A stretch of 63,884 nucleotides of DNA, filler included, from Reticulomyxa filosa (Eukaryota; Protista; Foraminifera), in assembly GCA_000512085.1 (NCBI GenBank). It is 20 parts of 20 records of this genome, joined end to end, with 100 filler letters (N's around TTAATTAATTAA, not from the genome) between each part and the next. Parts side by side here need not be neighbours in the genome. Positions count along the whole stretch, not along the records: positions 25,767 to 27,007 come from ASPP01040278.1; positions 27,108 to 28,417 come from ASPP01048770.1; positions 28,518 to 30,110 come from ASPP01008153.1; positions 30,211 to 33,510 come from ASPP01020652.1; positions 33,611 to 37,309 come from ASPP01007848.1; positions 37,410 to 38,590 come from ASPP01041195.1; 14 more parts are not named here. One strand, given 5' to 3'. Position 1 is the stretch's first letter. Every line of letters begins with the position of its first letter. Positions 26,048 through 38,690 of the stretch are shown here, one piece after another. The notes under the pieces were generated by a model. That model saw only the letters and a program-made list of their open reading frames with translations. It made no database searches and was not told the DNA's origin. A program made the position numbers and the translations under genes.

Positions 26048-27007
26048 TTACGTCACTCCAAAATTCAATAAAATAACAAAAGATATTGCAGTAATAATTT
26101 TTTTCTTGAAAGACTTCTGAGCTGAAGAACTCCATATCTCTTGTTGTGCACATGCTTGCGCCCACATGTTTTCATCCGAGCTGTTGCCATCATTTTCTTC
26201 TTCTTGTGATACATTTCCATCACTTACTTTTTTAACATGACCAGAAGAACCCTTTTCGGCACTGTTTGAGATCAAGCTTTGTATCGTAGTCCCCCGATCT
26301 TCCAAATTGTTGACGCGGCAAGTTCAACAAAAGAACAAACATTTTTGATAAGTATCATATACGTAATCTCCAGAAAAGCGACGTAAACCAAAGATATCAT
26401 TTTTTTCTAAATACACAATATCATGTAATAATCTTTTTTTCATCTCTTCTGACAAATCATTCAATCAATTCAATGATAATATTTGGATCCAATTACGAAT
26501 GTGTGTTACTAAAAACTTAATGAATGTCAGAGATTTCGGACTACTTTATTTTGTACGTTCAAATACATTAAAAGAATAGCTACGAATGGACGAGAATAAG
26601 CTATGGGATACGATATTACTAAATGGGAACTGAATTCCATTTGGAAGTTCATCTTTTGAAGACACTTTGGAATTATCTTCCTTGTGTGACAATCGTACAA
26701 TTTTTCGGTTCTTCGATAATTTGCAAAAACGATCTGTTGATTTGTTTGTCGTTAATATATTTATTGCAATACAATCGAATATTTTGGTTTTCGAAAATCA
26801 CCAATAAAAGTTTCACCAACAAGAATTGTATGTTTTGTGCCAAATTTGCCATAAATTAACTTTGAAGTGATTTTCGTTATCCAAAAGATTCTTTTACTGT
26901 TTTTTTTTTTAAGCAAGAGATAGCTCTCCATTATCTGCATTTGCTAATACCTCTTGTAAGCGTTTGTCCAAGAGCTTTTGTAGCTCTCCACCATCCGCAG
27001 AATCTGT
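26048..27007 (-). pseudogene. Degraded coding sequence with a ~60-bp internal repeat
   Basis: The minus strand reads DSADGGELQKLLDKRLQEVLANADNGELS (ADxGEL twice), then frames broken by stops. Confidence 0.35.
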
Positions 27008-27412
27008 NNNNNNNNNNNNNNNNNNNNNNNNNNNNNNNNNNNNNNNNNNNNTTAATTAATTAANNNNNNNNNNNNNNNNNNNNNNNNNNNNNNNNNNNNN
27101 NNNNNNNCGACTTATGATTTTTACAATTAAAATTATCAAATTATTTATGCGTCAAATACTTAGCCTAAAAAATAGTCAAATGCATTTTAACATAGCAATA
27201 ATCTGATATTGTGTATTAAATTAAATTGTGTTCATATCAAACTGATTGAATAAATAAAAGACATACATAAATGAAATATATAATTAATCAAAGAAAAAAA
27301 GCAACAGCTATTTGCTCGAGTCTAATATGTGTGTTTGCGAACCAAGTGTGTCTGCAGTCTTTCTTTTGAACATTCCTTCTTATTATCTTTTTATTGAATA
27401 AATAGTACTTGA

Positions 27413-28200
27413 CTATAACTTGTCTTTATCTGAGCTGCGATACAAATAGAATAGCTTTATTGGTTTAAAGTGTGTGCAATTTTTTCTTTTTAGAATTTCA
27501 CTTTTGCACAAAGCACACCTATCCAACTTCTGAACACAATTAAAACAAAATGCAAAATGACCACATGGTATTAAAATATGAGTAATTTTATTGTGCATAT
27601 ACAACAAGTATCTTCGATATTTTGATGTATTTTTTCATCGAAAATTTTCGGATAAATTGACGACTTCCAGTTTCTTTGTTTTCTGCGACCACATCACTGC
27701 TACTTAATTTTTTGATAAGATAACATCTTCATTGTATTTTGCACTTAGCCTTGGCAAATTCGTCCATGCCATCGATATATCTGCAAAAATCTTCAGGCAG
27801 ATCTTGAAGTTTGTTTTTTTAAATTCTTTTCCATACACCATTACCACTTTTGCCTATTTTTTTTTTTGGAATTTAGTATTATAATAATAATAATAATAAT
27901 AAAAACATACCCCTTTCAATTCTCCTGATATCAATTGTTGATCCATTGATATTTTGCTGCTTTCCGGTTTTTGCTGATGTTTTCGTGATCTTGTAGGTTC
28001 TTGAATGTACCTTAATAAAGATCTACAAAGACAATAAAAAGACAAAATAAGTTTTACACTAGAAAAATTTTACAAATAACTTAAACTGAAGCATTAATTG
28101 ATAAGCGCTATATTTTCTTCATGGTATCATCATCTTACGGGATCCACTCGCCCTTTTTGTTCCACTCCCAACTCGGTTGTAATATTTCATCTGGCGCCAT
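27413..28200 (-). pseudogene. WWE + C3HC4 (IAP-type) RING E3 ligase pseudogene
   Basis: MAPDEILQPSWEWNKKGEWIP*DDDTMKKI* has stops at the conserved WWE Tyr and Glu positions (28135-28137, 28108-28110). In the RING, DTCCIC is out of frame with HILIPCGHFAFCFNCVQKLDRCALC. Confidence 0.7.
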
Positions 28201-28517
28201 AATGGTGAAAATTTTGCAAAAAAAAATTTGAAGAGTCAATTCCCCGTTTTTTAGATAAACTTATTTTGTTTTTTTTTGATGAAATGCTAGTTTGAATATT
28301 TTTCTCTTTGATGTCAAATTCAAACTAAATAACATAACTTTTTTCAGCCTATGTTAATATACACATTTAATATTAAAGCAAAAAGTGTTTTTAAAAGGTT
28401 TTAGTTTTGCGTTGAAANNNNNNNNNNNNNNNNNNNNNNNNNNNNNNNNNNNNNNNNNNNNTTAATTAATTAANNNNNNNNNNNNNNNNNNNNNNNNNNN
28501 NNNNNNNNNNNNNNNNN

Positions 28518-28664
28518 GCTTTCGAAGCTGCTTTCCTGGCTTACGTTCGCGCTAATCACGCCGACGTACTGACCGCGACCGACGCTTCTGGTGATCTGTC
28601 TGCCGACAACGAAAAAGTACTGGCCAAGGCGATCGAATCGTTCAAGGCTGGCTACAGCTTCTAA
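28518..28664 (+). CDS. atpA: F1 ATP synthase subunit alpha, 3' end (bacterial)
   Basis: [48 protein letters not shown] lies directly upstream of atpG. GC-rich codon usage. Confidence 0.88.
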   Translation, partial: AFEAAFLAYVRANHADVLTATDASGDLSADNEKVLAKAIESFKAGYSF

Positions 28665-28707
28665 TCTGAGTCTTTCGGATACCTCGAGTTAAAGAAAGGT
28701 TCAGGAT

Positions 28708-29573
28708 ATGGCAGTCGGTAAAGAGATTCTCACCAAGATCCGAAGCGTGCAGAACACGCAGAAGATCACCCGCGCTATGCAAATGGTGTCGACCTCCAAG
28801 ATGCGCAAAACGCAAGAGCGTATGCGCGCTGCCCGTCCTTACGCCGACAAGGTGCGTGCTGTCATGGCGCACCTGGCTTCGGCCAATACGGATCTGGAGC
28901 ACCCACTGCTTGCCCGTCGCAGCGAAATCAAGCGCGCCGGCATTATCGTGGTGACCTCGGACAAAGGCCTGTGCGGTGGCTTGAACGCCAACGTGCTGAA
29001 GCGCTTTTACGCCAAGGTCAACGAGCTGCAAGCGCAAGGCGTCCAAGTGGAAGCCTGCGCCCTGGGCCAAAAAGGCCTGGCAGCATGCCAGCGTACCAAG
29101 ATTAACGTGGTGGCAAGTGCGGTTCATCTGGGCGACGTGCCCAAGATGGAAAAACTGATCGGCCCGCTTACAGTACTGCTGAACAAGTACGCTGAAGGCG
29201 AACTGGATGCGGTTTACATCGTGTACTCCCGCTTCATCAATACGATGAAACGGAGCCGGCGCTGGAACAGCTGCTGCCGCTGACCGAAGAACACATGGTG
29301 GTAGAACACGCCCATTCGTGGGATTACGTGTACGAGCCGAGTGCTTCCAACGTCATGGAGTTCCTGGTCAAGCGTTACCTCGAATCTGTTGTGTACCAAG
29401 CGGTAGCCGAGAACATGGCTTCCGAACAAGCCGCCCGTATGGTGGCGATGAAGGCCGCAACCGATAACGCAGGTAACGCCATCAAGCAGCTGCGTCTTGT
29501 GTACAACAAGTCGCGTCAGGCAGCGATTACCAAAGAGCTGTCCGAGATCGTGGCCGGTGCCGCAGCGGTTTAA
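28708..29573 (+). CDS. atpG: F1 ATP synthase subunit gamma (bacterial); 1-nt frameshift at ~29250
   Basis: [28 protein letters not shown]...[10 protein letters not shown]...[18 protein letters not shown]...[23 protein letters not shown]. Inserting one A (AAA CAG GAG) restores [13 protein letters not shown]. Confidence 0.97.
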
Positions 29574-29615
29574 CCGTCGCAGGACTGTAAAAGTTTATTG
29601 AGTTAGGAACCGATA

Positions 29616-30110
29616 ATGAGCCAAGGCAAAATCGTACAAATCATTGGCCCGGTAGTTGACGTGGAATTCCCGCGCGACGCCATGCCAAAGGTTTATGATG
29701 CCCTGAAGCTGGTTGACGCAGATCTGACGCTTGAAGTTCAGCAACAGCTGGGCGATGGCGTGGTGCGTACCATTGCTATGGGTAGCTCTGACGGCCTGAA
29801 GCGTGGCATGGCGATTACCAATACCGGCGCACCGATTTCGGTACCGGTTGGCGCTGCCACCCTGGGTCGTATCATGGACGTACTGGGCAACCCGGTTGAC
29901 GAAGCCGGCCCGGTAGCTTCCGAACACGTTCGCGCCATTCACCAGGCTGCGCCGAAGTTTGACGAACTGTCCTCCGCCACCGAACTGCTGGAAACTGGCA
30001 TCAAGGTTATTGACCTGCTGTGTCCGTTTGCCAAGGGTGGTAAGGTTGGTCTGTTCGGTGGTGCCGGTGTGGGCAAGACCGTAAACATGATGGAACTGAT
30101 CAACAACATC
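29616..30110 (+). CDS. atpD: F1 ATP synthase subunit beta, 5' part (bacterial)
   Basis: [18 protein letters not shown]...[29 protein letters not shown] (Walker A). An AGGA Shine-Dalgarno lies upstream. Confidence 0.98.
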
Positions 30111-30210
30111 NNNNNNNNNNNNNNNNNNNNNNNNNNNNNNNNNNNNNNNNNNNNTTAATTAATTAANNNNNNNNNNNNNNNNNNNNNNNNNNNNNNNNNN
30201 NNNNNNNNNN

Positions 30211-30232
30211 TAGTGTACCATCAGCTGACACA
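30211..30232 (+). mobile_element. Leader (PBS-position) fragment of the LTR family at a contig start
   Basis: TAGTGTACCA-TCAGCTGAC matches TAGTGTACCA(ATACTA)TCAGCAGAC at 17674-17698. Confidence 0.45.
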
Positions 30233-30239
30233 AAGTTAA

Positions 30240-31520
30240 AAAATCGCCATTGTCAATATGTTCATCAACGCTGATCCACGTCGTTTTTTTTTGTCTATCA
30301 TTTGCATTTAAGATGTGAAGTTGCGGTATATCAACAACAAGTGGTAATCCTGCTACAGCAGCAACACATCCAAATGCACATGCATATGCATCTTCTTTCA
30401 ACAAAGCCCATGATATCGACGACGAAATACAGCGAGTTGTGCAAGTTCGATCGATCACTTCGAAGCGACAAGCAGCTAGCGTTGCTCATTATTCCCCCAT
30501 CAAACACATGCTTAGCGATTCCATATCCACTTTTGTCGCCAAAAGCGATGTGAATAGCTGCTGCCGTGGAGATCTCGCTATTTCACGACCTGCTTTATCC
30601 ATCTGACATTGTCGAAAAGTACTCTTACAAGAGCCACGACGACAATCACGTTTTCACTAATGCTGAACAGCAAGATGGATGATGACAACAAGGATGAGGA
30701 TGACAACGATGATGCAAATAGTGAAGAAGAAGAAGAAGAAGAAGAAAGTAAGTCCACATTGAATTCGAAACAAAAACGGCCAAGACAAAAGAAAAAATAC
30801 AACACGTCGAGCAAGATTCTTTACATGGACTGCAATAATTTGAATGTCGGCAATTATTGCTGTTCCATCGCCTTCGGAGATCAAGATCTATACAAAAAGT
30901 CGCATCGCCAATTCAAACAAGAACAAAGCCGAAGAAGACCCAATCATTACAGCCGATACTGATTTCACAGCGAGTCAAAGTTATCTTTTTACACATACAC
31001 ATATATTCATATACAATGTACATGTACATATATGTATATATATGTACGTATGTATATATGTTCATCTATATACAATTGAAATTCTATCACAACCAATTTT
31101 CAATTGCCATTACTTTCTTTGATTTTGTGTAATAAACAGTACAAGAAGGTCAAATGGAATAAGCAGACGCTTCCAATGGTAGTCGACACCGTGGTGAAAA
31201 CATCAAAGACGTCATCGATAATGCAATGTATGAATGATCCACATGAATTTATCATTGATAATGTACAAGGCTCATTATATTTTTTTTTTAATTAGTATTT
31301 AGTATTGATTAAAAAAAAAAAAAAAAAGGTTGCGTTGCCTTGTACAACAAGAAGCCGCCGGACAATTGATCAGAATGACGAAACGTTGCATGTGATCAAT
31401 ACAAAGCAATGCCGCGAGTTGCAATTGATGATACATATGCAGTTGTGGCAGAGAATGGAGGACATACTCAAGTAGAGGTATATTCTTCATTTGTGGCACA
31501 CAATCCTTCGTAATTATTCA
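30240..31520 (+). pseudogene. Degraded spliced gene remnant with an acidic D/E tract
   Basis: Coding-like stretches (DDDNKDEDDNDDANSEEEEEEEE, YKKVKWNKQTLPMVVDT) separated by typical microsatellite/A-run introns but interrupted by stops. Confidence 0.3.
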
Positions 31521-33621
31521 AATCCAAAACAGAGAATGGAGCCTAGTATAATAATATGAATAATATCTTACCATTGTGTGTTTTATAACAACAACGCCGG
31601 AATAATGACGAAAAGAAAGGATGCAATATGACAAGAAAAAAAAACAAATGACAGAATCACAGAAATTAAAAAACGTGAGGTCAGTATTGCAAAGAATAGA
31701 AACTCTATTTAAAAACAAAATAATGTTGTGTTTCAGTGTAGCCAACTGAATCCTTTTGTTGTGGAATACTTTTTTAGGTTTGGAGGGGAGATGAAGAGAA
31801 GATTATAAAGGAAGAAGAAAACAAAAAAAAAAAAATATGAATGAATCGTATGAAAGGAAGAATGACAACAATATACGGTACAGTGAATGTGAGTTCATCT
31901 TGAAAAGCAATGCGTGTTCAAGTTTCTATAATAAATCTCTTGGAAATGTTGATATACGTTTCACCAAGACGATTTATGAAAATGAAGCACAGATTTTATA
32001 TGTTTGCATCGCACAACAATACTCAAGCTCAAAACACATTATTTTACTCCCATGTCCATCGATATGCATACTTTGTCCAAATATTCGACTGGTTGTATAT
32101 TGGTGTTAGTTGCGTTAACACACATATTTGCAAATATGTTGTATGTGACTCTCAATGTCACACACACAAGAAATGCAAATTAGTATAAATTCGTATTGAT
32201 TGGTGGAAAATATCAAATTTATGGTATATTGTAATCTGATTGTTTTTCCCACACAAAAAAAACTGTGGTTCGTCGTCAAGCAAGATTGAATTATTTCATT
32301 CGACACTTCAAAGGCATTTGAAAGAAGATATTATGTACAATTGCAAACACTGTTTTGTCTTCATTTTCAATTTATCAAAAAACACTTATTATTTTTGTCT
32401 TTTTTCCAAGCAATTTGTTTTCTTATCTCTGAAACTACAGAAACTAAAATACGCTAATGCCACAAGCAGTGGAGCTGAATCATGTGTTGAAGCCTTGCCT
32501 GGTGATAAAAAGCCAATTTAAATGAGCCCAACAAAATGGAGAAACTTATTCTGCGGAAACAGAAGCATTAGATCGTCGAATGAATTAACGAACAAAAAGG
32601 AAAGAAAGCAAATCATTGGAAACCGAAGAATTTGAAAGCGTCTATTTCGTAACATTGACATGAATGTTGGAAGAATCAACAAAATAACCAAAACAGAAAT
32701 GGTAACGATCGTTTTCGGAAGAAATATTGGGCCAATGGAACAGAATATTGGCGACGAAAACAAACTCTTGGCATTTGTACAAACGTGTATCATGAATTTT
32801 TGTAATGACTTTAAATTTGTTGTAGTGATTGGTGGCCATTTTTGAAATTGTATTCCTTTTGTTTGTTTTAAGGTGAAAATGCGCGAGCAAATTGCCCTAT
32901 CAATTATTCCAGTAGAAAAGTAAAATATTGTTCTTTGCACTTGTGAAATTTTTTTTTTTATCGTCAAGACAAAAGGCTAAAAGTCAAACAATATTGCTTC
33001 TCACTGAATTTTTGTTCAATTTTGATATTTACAACACGAATTTTGTTTGTTTTCAATTGGAAAAAAGATTCAGTTTAGCTTGTTAATTCAAAAAAGGTGC
33101 AATCTTTTTTGCTTGTGCCTTTTTTTGTGTAAAAAACTTTAAACGTGTTGTTTATTGTAAAAGAAAAATTTATTACATTTAATGACAAAATTTGAACAAA
33201 TTGCGTTTGAAAATATTTATTATCAATACATTCTTTTTCATCTCACATCTACGGTAACAAACATTACAAATTTGTCTGAATAACAATCACTGTTGTTTTT
33301 TTGTTATTTAAATAAAATAACAATTATTTTTTTTTCCTTTGAAGGCAAAATGTGTTTAATACAAACAGAAAATAAAGCAAGAGCGAGTTTTTTTTTCTTC
33401 TGTTGCTGAACGTTTGGGTAAACCTTTGCATCTTAACCATACTTACTGATTTTGCACATTTTTTTTCTTCAAAAAAAGACAGTTCTAAATCCCGTTGAAA
33501 AGCCTCAAAANNNNNNNNNNNNNNNNNNNNNNNNNNNNNNNNNNNNNNNNNNNNTTAATTAATTAANNNNNNNNNNNNNNNNNNNNNNNNNNNNNNNNNN
33601 NNNNNNNNNNTGTATGTATAC

Positions 33622-33654
<33 letters not shown>

Positions 33655-33668
33655 GCGCCCACACAAAC

Positions 33669-34022
33669 CATTTTAAGTGTATAGCATTCGGGCGTTTTCT
33701 TCTTATTGAGCTCGTTCCAAAGATCCATCAACTCGTCCTCTTCGTTAATTTGATCCCCGACGTTCTCTTTCTTTACCAAAATAAACGAAGATGTGTCTAT
33801 TAAATGAAAGGTCTGTTTAATTGTACACAACAATTCTTGCCAATTTGCTGTTTTTGATACATCTGTTACTCTTCCTTTTTCGTCCAGGGCATTTGGCCTA
33901 AATGTTGCTTGCTCATCCCCGTAGGATTCAATCACAAAGTGCTTGGCCTGTATTTTGTGTGAGCGTATTTTTAGTTTTTTTGGAGCTACTCCAATTCTCT
34001 GTTTTCTAACCTTTTCTGCCAT
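33669..34022 (-). CDS. First exon of an unknown protein (3'-partial)
   Basis: ATG at 34022, MAEKVRKQRIGVAPKK...INEEDELMDLWNEL...YTLKM, then a GTTTGT donor and an intron running to the contig end. Confidence 0.6.
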
Positions 34023-34315
34023 TTTTATTTTGTTGCAAACGGTTTTTGAGCAAGCTTGCAAAAACTAGCAATTTCCAAGTTTTTTTTTTGTCCAAAATTT
34101 TTTTTTGGAGTGACGTTTTGTCGTGGACGTACAAATTTAAACGTATGCTTTAATTGACGTTTTCTTTATAAAAGAAGAATTTAGCGTCTAATCTAAAACG
34201 ACGTTAAAAAAAAATGAATTTACTATTAGCAAACCCGTAGAGTGACATTCGTTTTGACAACAAAATAATTGAATAAAATTTCAAAAAACTCTAAGATAAA
34301 ATATTATTACTAAAT

Positions 34316-37289
34316 TTATTTGGGCTTTTGGCATGCAAGGCACAGTTCTTGAAGTGCATGGACCCATTTTTGACATTCTTGTGGAGTCTTAGTTTCAAGA
34401 CATAGAGCAAAGTCATGTCCATTGGGGTCAGTGGACACAATGCAAATTGCGCAGTCTTTGGAGACCTTGCGCAATGGAGGTTGGCTGTTGTCATTGACAA
34501 TCTGTCGAACAGATTTCAGACTCAATTGTTTTGTGGCTTTTTTTCCTTTGGGGTCTTCCAATAACAGCAATTCACAAGAGTGATCGATACGAACTAATTT
34601 CTTGTGTGGTTTAAAGGCTATTTTCAAACAAAACATGATGCATTATTCATTCAAATGAAAAAAAAAAAAAAAATATATATATATACATATATGTACATAT
34701 ATGTATATATTACCATCACCATGTTTACGCATGATAGTGCCAGCAGTAAGAAGACGCAAATTGGATTTATCAATCCGATCGCGTAAAGGAATAGTATAAT
34801 ATTTATGAGTCTGTGCAAAAGCGGTGGACTTGAGGCGCAAGGCCTTTTCGAACTCGTGCCACTCTTTGTCCAAAGGCTCATAAGAGTTGTGCCTGGAGAC
34901 AATGTCTTGGAAAACGTCGTATGCGTGTGTGCGGAGGAGTTCCTCTCCAGTTTTGGCATCGGTGAGGAGCAGATTGGACAAGATACGCAAATAGCGAGCG
35001 GCCAAGCCTTTGCGCTCGACATTGGCACGAGCGCTGTTGACCAGGACCGCCACGGCCCCTCGTTTGACCAGCACCCGCGAGCAGGGAGAGAAGAGCGAGA
35101 GTTTGGAGAGGGCCATGGCGGCATTTCCCAGGAACAAGGAATTTTCCGGGAACGCTTCTACCGCCTTGAGTAAAGGAACAGCACCTCCGTGGATGAAGCA
35201 TTGGGCATTGTCTTCGACGCCGCAGCAATTGGCAATGACTTTGATGAGTTCGTTCATGATATCGATATGCATCCAGTTGTCGTTATCGGAGCATAAGTTG
35301 ACCATTAATTCCATGATACCCTGGCGAGTGACCATTTTGACAGCATCAGGAGTGGAGATGATTTTGCATAAAGCCTGACATCCCAAAGCGAGGATAGCGG
35401 GTTTTTTGCGATGATCATCGAGCAGTTGAGAGAGAGCTTGACAGGCACCACTTTCGGCCAAAGTGTTGGCAATGTCACGATTGGCGGCTAACAGCGACAA
35501 GACTTTGCACGACAAAGACATGAGCGACTCTTCAAAGACGAGGTCTTTCATGATTTCGAACACGCGAAAGTGTCCCTTTTTATCCAGAAACGTGACGGCA
35601 TTGGAAGGCTCACTCAGCAAATTGCCGATGCATCCCAGACACGACTTTTGGATATCGATTTCATCGGGATACCCTTTGCTGACAGCCAGGACCAAGTCGA
35701 GTACTCCCAGTTGGATCATGACATTGCTCACTTTGTCGTGACTGCTAAGATTGCCCAAGACGATTACCCCCATTTGAATGAGAGCTCTTTGATGCGTGTT
35801 TTTTTGCATCGTGTCCATCACCACTGCCACGGCATTGTCTTTTATCAACGCGCGGACATTGTCAGCCACGTATGCCAAATTGGCCAGACATCGCAAAGCG
35901 ACCACCACCACGGCTTCATCTCCATCGTTGCTACACGAAGCAAATTGCTGCAAACATTGAATGGTCGCCTTTGCCCCGCCGCTTTGACAGATCAATACTT
36001 TATTGCCGTCATTGTTGTGACATAGATTCACTAACACGTTCAATGCCGACTCGGACAGACAGTTCACTACGCAATGTCGCTTCACCACTCCGACAATGTC
36101 GCCGATTCCACCCAGGTCGATCACTTGCGTAATGTTGTCACCGTTGTTCAACGTCAGATTGCTCAGGATGAAACAGCACTTGTCCAGCAGCTCAATGTCC
36201 AACGGGTGTCCGCGAATCGTCGTCACCACCAGTTGGATCAGTCCATGCATGCCTAGCAACGTCTTTACTTTTTCGTCGCGAGACAGCGTTCCCAACGTGC
36301 CAAACACGCCACAAACGCTGCGCCGTGGTTCTCCTTACTTTGTCTATGCAGCTGATGCAGCAGATTCAACAGCCCACCTTCGTTCACTAGTCGATTACGC
36401 AGCTCTACATCTTGTCAAAGCCAAATAGTCATATATATATGTATATATATATAGTTTTTTTTTTTTTTTGTTTAATATAGTAAAAGTAAAAAAAAAAATC
36501 TTTTTTGCTGTCCCCCGTTTTTTTTTTTTTTAAAAAAAAACAAACCTCCGTCATTCAAACGACGATTGATTTCAACAGTACAATGCCGAATAAGTTTGGG
36601 ATTCTTGCTACTTTTGATGACGCTGAGCAAGTCTTTGATGCTCCACTGACCCATGACTTGGAGGAGTTGATCCGGGGCCATATTAACCAATTGGGTCGAC
36701 ACAGACGGCCCTTGCATGGCCAGCTTGGAAGATTCGCCCACTTTCCACTGTTCGGCGTCGACGTCGACGGTCGGCATGAGCAAGCACGTGTCCATTTGCT
36801 TCAATACCTGCATGATCTTGGGACCGACTTCGACGTCCATTTTGTAATGCGTGTCAAACGCGCGACGCAGAAAATCCGGTATTTTTTCTGTCTGCAAGCC
36901 TTGCACGATCTGCAATCGATTGTCTTGGTCTTGCAACAAGCCATTCACAAAGTCTGCAAGTATTCCAACCCACATTGGCTTTTGCTCGTTGATTTGCACG
37001 GCCTTCAGCACTGTCTCGATAATAATCGGCTCACATAGCGCGTCCCACACCAAAGCATCCTTATGCTGCGCCAACGTCGCCAACAGCTTCAAGCCTTCCC
37101 ACTGCACGTCCGTCTGTCCCGCGTGCTCCAACATGCACTGTACTGCCACCTCAGGCACACCTGCGCTTTCTAACGGGGCAAATGCTCCTTCCACGACCGC
37201 ACATTTCGTCAAGCTTTCCAAGCCGATCACAACCACCGCCGCGTTGTCGTAATAGCTTTGAATTCCGTTTAATATTCCATTTACTTTAC
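34316..37289 (-). CDS. Armadillo-repeat protein with C-terminal PH domain (5'-partial)
   Basis: Long ~42-aa ARM repeats (CFILSNL, LNVLVNLC, LRCLANLA, VIVLGNLS, LGCIGNLL, MALSKLS, LRILSNLL). The C-terminus LLTAGTIMRKH...LCLETKTPQECQKWVHALQEL is a PH domain. One 1-nt frameshift near 36303. Confidence 0.85.
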
Positions 37290-37409
37290 CTTTTTTTTTT
37301 TTTTTTTTTNNNNNNNNNNNNNNNNNNNNNNNNNNNNNNNNNNNNNNNNNNNNTTAATTAATTAANNNNNNNNNNNNNNNNNNNNNNNNNNNNNNNNNNN
37401 NNNNNNNNN

Positions 37410-38590
37410 ATGGATTGCTAATGAATTGCATGGATTTGGATTTCAAACACTACAAGGAAATAATAATGTGCAAAAACAAAAGATTGACACAACTGACAAA
37501 CGTGTAAAGCGTAGTCAAAATGAAGTGGTGGCCAAATTTATCAAACCATTCATTGACAATGCACTCAATCAATTACAAATGATGAAAAATTTACTTATGT
37601 TGTGTGGGGCCAAATGTAAACATTGTCATTTCTCATGTTTGTTACAACAATCGCATCAACAAAGTAGTGAAGTTGAGCATAATTGTTTGGGATCGCATCA
37701 ATGTGATCAAGTGTGTAGTTGTTGTCAACAAAGCAAAGCTGAAACGAATGAAGAGGTATTGCTATGTCAATTGCAATCGGGCCATGAGACCCTTCATGAG
37801 TGTCGTCAAAGAAGTCATACGTGTGGTAAAGATTGTTCATTGAAAAAATACGGCAATTGCTATGAAAAATGTGGTTTGAAATTTGGACACAGCAGCGAAA
37901 CGGCTTGCATTTGCAATAGTCCCATCCATTATTGCAATGAAAACTGTTCTTTGCCTGGATGTCCAAACAAGTGTGAAATCGACTATGCCAAGAAACATAC
38001 AAGACATGAGTGTTACGAAAAGAGATGCACAAAACGTTGTAAAATACCTGAATGTGGTATTTAAAAAAACACATGCATATACATTTTTTGTTTTGAATAA
38101 AAGTCAAAAATTTTGTTTGCAATGTAGAGGCAACATGTGATTGCAATGGAGATCACTTCCATGACATGGATATGAAAGACGAAAAAAAAATTGAGAGTGG
38201 GATGATTCCATTCCATTGTTGTAGTTCAGAAAGGCATAAATGTTTGCATGAATGTCAAGAAAATGGAAATTGCAAAGTCGAGTATAAGCGTGTGATAAAT
38301 GAAACGATGATTTTTCATCCAAGGACTGTTGGAGCGAAATCATTTGAATACGAATCGTTCATTACCACTAACGGTAAGAAGTATAATTGCAGTCAACTGT
38401 TGCCCAAATATAAAAAGATGCACGAAGGAAGACACAAATGCACGGAAAATGTGCATAGTTGTCAAATTACTTGTCGAGCTTGTGGCTATTATTGCACCAA
38501 GCCATTTGGACACAGTGACAAACATCACACAGAACATGGAAATATGTTGCATTCCACATTCATTGTTGAAAACAATAAGTCTGTCGAATT
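37410..38590 (+). CDS. Cys/His-rich zinc-binding repeat region of a large protein (partial)
   Basis: Two exons of C-x3-C-x2-C / GH-x3-H-x-C repeats ending in CRACGYYCTKPFGHSDKHHTEHGNM. Confidence 0.7.
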
Positions 38591-38690
38591 NNNNNNNNNN
38601 NNNNNNNNNNNNNNNNNNNNNNNNNNNNNNNNNNTTAATTAATTAANNNNNNNNNNNNNNNNNNNNNNNNNNNNNNNNNNNNNNNNNNNN

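Noticed and set aside
28108-28137. In-frame TAA/TAG as evidence of a reassigned genetic code
   Set aside because: Intact genes here end in TAA, TAG and TGA and have no internal stops. The two stops replace different residues, so this is pseudogene decay.
28518-30110. Horizontal transfer, or an organellar origin, of the atp genes
   Set aside because: No physical link to host sequence and no amelioration. The betaproteobacterial atpAGD operon is not mitochondrial or plastid type.
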